The position numbers and the translations under genes are program-made. 64,000 bases of DNA from the human T2T-CHM13v2.0 reference genome, Homo sapiens. Positions within the stretch are counted from its first letter, which is position 1; every line of letters begins with the position of its first letter. Positions 60,835 through 64,000 of this stretch are shown here, in pieces. The stretch lies in assembly GCF_009914755.1 (NCBI RefSeq), contig NC_060937.1; one strand, 5' to 3'. The notes under the pieces were generated by a model that did no database searches, was not told the DNA's origin, and saw only the letters and a program-made list of their open reading frames with translations.

Positions 60835-63800
60835 AAATGGGTATTTGACCCTATTAACTTGACATACATTCTAATATAAACCCTTTCTCTAACTTCTGTA
60901 TCAATCTTCTTTCCTGGATTTCCTTTTGTCCTCTTTCTATTCCTTCTCTGTCTCTCTTGTTAGCACCATGTCCTCATTCATTCTTGGGGGGAGAAAAAAA
61001 TCTCTGCAAATTCCTTCTCATAGTTATTTCCTTCCCTTGCATTCATGGGAAAGAATTCACTTATTCACCTGCTCATGGTACTGAATCCCCATACAAATTC
61101 AGACAAATGTAGGAGACAGAGATGGAAATCAAAAAATTAAAGTAGGGTGAGATAATCTTTGAATGTAATATATGTGTAATATATACTGAATCCCTAGAGG
61201 TAGGTGTGCAAAAGTACATTTTAAAACACCAAAAAGCAACCAGCCACCTGGAGCTAAACCTTTGGAGCAGAGTGCTGAAGAAAAAGTGGCTTTGCCAAAT
61301 GAACACAGAGGAGGGCCAGTACTCCAGACGCTGAAAACCATGTTTTTGTGTTGGCATTCATTCTTCTTTTTTCCAGCAATATTAACTTTTTTGACAAACC
61401 ACATGAACTGTAGAGGAGTACGTGTTGGACTAAAATTGTGCTAAAAAAATTTCCTCCTCTGAAAATTAGAGAAGTAAAAATATTGCATAGCTAGTAAAAA
61501 TAGTCAGTAAAAAGAATGAACACCCATACTCATGTGGGCACCGTAAGTGGGCAAATGAAGAGCACAGCATGCTCTGGTCATGCATAAACTTTTATTCTTT
61601 TGTTAGATTGGTTAAATGATTATAAAATATTTTGCTATATATGTTGGTTCTCATAATTTGTTAGGGAGTAGGTTTTTTTTTCTTAAGCTGACTGGCTGTT
61701 TTCCTTTTAGGAGAAATGAAGTTGTTTGAATTGGAGAGTAGAGTGGGAGGAAGCATTTTAAACGACTGTTACTTGCCAACTGTGCTGTTGCAGCTAGAGA
61801 AAACCTGGAAGAATTCTGTAATAGCTCTGCTAGTTTCTCCTCATTGCACAACAGTATGACTGCTACAGAGACAGCAAACAGAGGAAGGGGAGAATGGGTT
61901 ACAATCAGGTAATTAAGCTTCTCTTTGGCTAGATAATTTTCTAGTGGATAGAAATATGCTTGCACAATAGTACAATGAGAATTTTGTTATTTAGGAAAAC
62001 TTTGTTTTATATGTAGCAGAGTTATAGACCTATAGGGTAGATAACTGGAAACCATGTTAGAAATGTGTATCTCAGCTCCCTCCTTTTACAAATAAGATCA
62101 GAGCAGTTAAATATGTTTAAGATTTCATAGCTACTAAGCAGTCATTCCTCTCTATAATTCTACCTCTGTAATATAAATCCTTTGAAAAAGCCACAAGCAA
62201 ATATTTGTAGCATTTCTGGACAAATTAAGATCTTTCTGAATATTTATACAATAGAAATGCCACTTTAAATACACAAAGGAGATGTGCTATTTTAAAAAAC
62301 TCAAATTAATTTTTAATGCACATAAATATCCTTTCATCAATACAGTTCTTAGACTTGAATTTTTAAATAGTATTTTATTTTCCTGGGAAAAGGAAGTAAC
62401 TGTATTATATCCTAAAATTATGATAATGAAAAAATCAATGTTCTTATCACAACAGCTAAAGAAATAACTGCAGTGATCCTATCAACTCTGTTTGATAATT
62501 ATCGAGAAATGTTTAATATTACTATTCCAATATATAGGGTGCCCAACTGTTTTCACCAACAAGGAAATCTGGAGATTACCCAACTAGAATAAAATCAAGC
62601 ACCATTAAATCTGGCATGCCTTTTGCTTTTCTGACACCTGTAAACCTCTTTCCATACCACCCCCACCTGGTTTTTAATTTATTGACTACACATTTTAGTC
62701 AGCTGCAGGCACCATCTGTTTCTAAACACTTAGCATCCATGCCTGATAAACTGCTGTATAAATACTTTGGGGACTTCCTTTGTACCCGTTGTCAACATTT
62801 CCCCACTACATTTCCATCTTCGGAGCTTACATTTCCAATCATACCTTAAATAAAATATCCAATTACAGTCTGAGAAAAGTCTCCAGGTTTATAAAAGAAG
62901 ATAAGTAAAATCATGTTATGTTTAGAAGACATGTGAGAAGTCACATCATATTCTCCTCTTATCTTTATCCAAGGTCTTGGTTTTCCTTTCAGAGGTTATA
63001 GCTCAATTTCAACAACATGCTCACACCAATGCAGCATTTTATTTCAACAAATATTTCAGTGCCCACATGTTGCAGACACTGAAACATCATGGTATTGGGG
63101 GGTGGGGGTAGAAGTAGGTTAGCATTGAAACCAAGGGGTTAATTTGATCAGGTATGCATGCTCTACTCTGCTTGGGTTTTGTTATTTCTTTTTCCTTCTT
63201 CCATGAACCTGAAGGCCATGGTAGCTACTTTTAACTTTTCCATAGGCTAGGAAATCTGTCTCACTTAGGCATGCCTTGAGGTATGTATACCTAATCTAAT
63301 CTCCAACTTCTTTGCCTGTCCCAAGACCTCTTCCCCATGGCTGTTGCCACCAGCCAGTTCCTCCCATTCTTACAGACTCTAGTTTCTCACTCTCATCTCT
63401 AAACATTCATGTGGTTGCTGGAATTCACTTTAGAATCTAGAACCAGGATCAATCACCACGTGTTCAGGGAGCCCCAAAGCAACTCCTGTTCACCCCCAAA
63501 CAATAACAGACATTAACACAAACAACAGCATAAGCTTAGAAATATGAAACCTGCCAAAAAACAGAAATAAAAGATAGTAAAAGAGTCTGAGCCTATTAAG
63601 ACAGGGCAGAAACAAGATTTTAAATAGAATCACGAAGTCTGACTAGGCGGATTTTCACAGGGTTTTTCAAGGTCAGCTGGTTGATTTCTTCCTTTTCTCC
63701 TGATTTGGGGTTTTTGTTGGAGTTTTGTTTTTGTTTTGCTCTTGTTTTGAATGACTCCAATAGCTCCTTCCCACATCTTGGTCATCCAAAAGGAAATCTA

Positions 63801-64000
63801 TAGTTTTCTCATCATCCAGAGGCTACATTTAGCCACTTCAACCCACACTTAGAACACCAAGAGTTCTGTCTGGGAGAACTGAGTGGGGAGAAAAAGGTAA
63901 GCGCTCTGGTTCCATCTGAGTTCACCAAGTCCCAATATTCTGTGTGGGCATTTAACAGAAAGAGGTTTTCCAGCTTCACATGCTGTGAAGAAATCCCTGC

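Overview
Primate genomic DNA, and almost certainly human because it carries an L1HS pre-Ta element. The window is AT-rich and repeat-dense, with no recognisable host protein-coding gene, so it is intergenic or deep intronic. The main feature is a full-length (~6.04 kb) minus-strand L1HS pre-Ta element at 10504-16545 with a perfect 15-bp TSD. Both of its main ORFs are broken (ORF1 R130 stop plus a 5-bp deletion; ORF2 +1 frameshift), but the 5'UTR and YY1 site are intact and the antisense ORF0 is open with a stop-loss extension. Also present: a 5'-truncated older L1PA in inverted orientation to it, a solo LTR6-like ERV1 LTR, THE1/MST/MLT1 MaLR LTRs (some nested), a MER63-like hAT element, 14 Alus, L2/MIR relics, microsatellites and a truncated 5S rRNA pseudogene. 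Less obvious structures include an old L1 3' transduction of an LTR fragment, two TSD-less Alus that look like deletion scars, a 5'-inverted L1, ten consecutive Alus in alternating orientation, and a few weak exon-like segments. I found no evidence for a new biological system. Subfamily names come from recalled consensus sequences, not from a database search.
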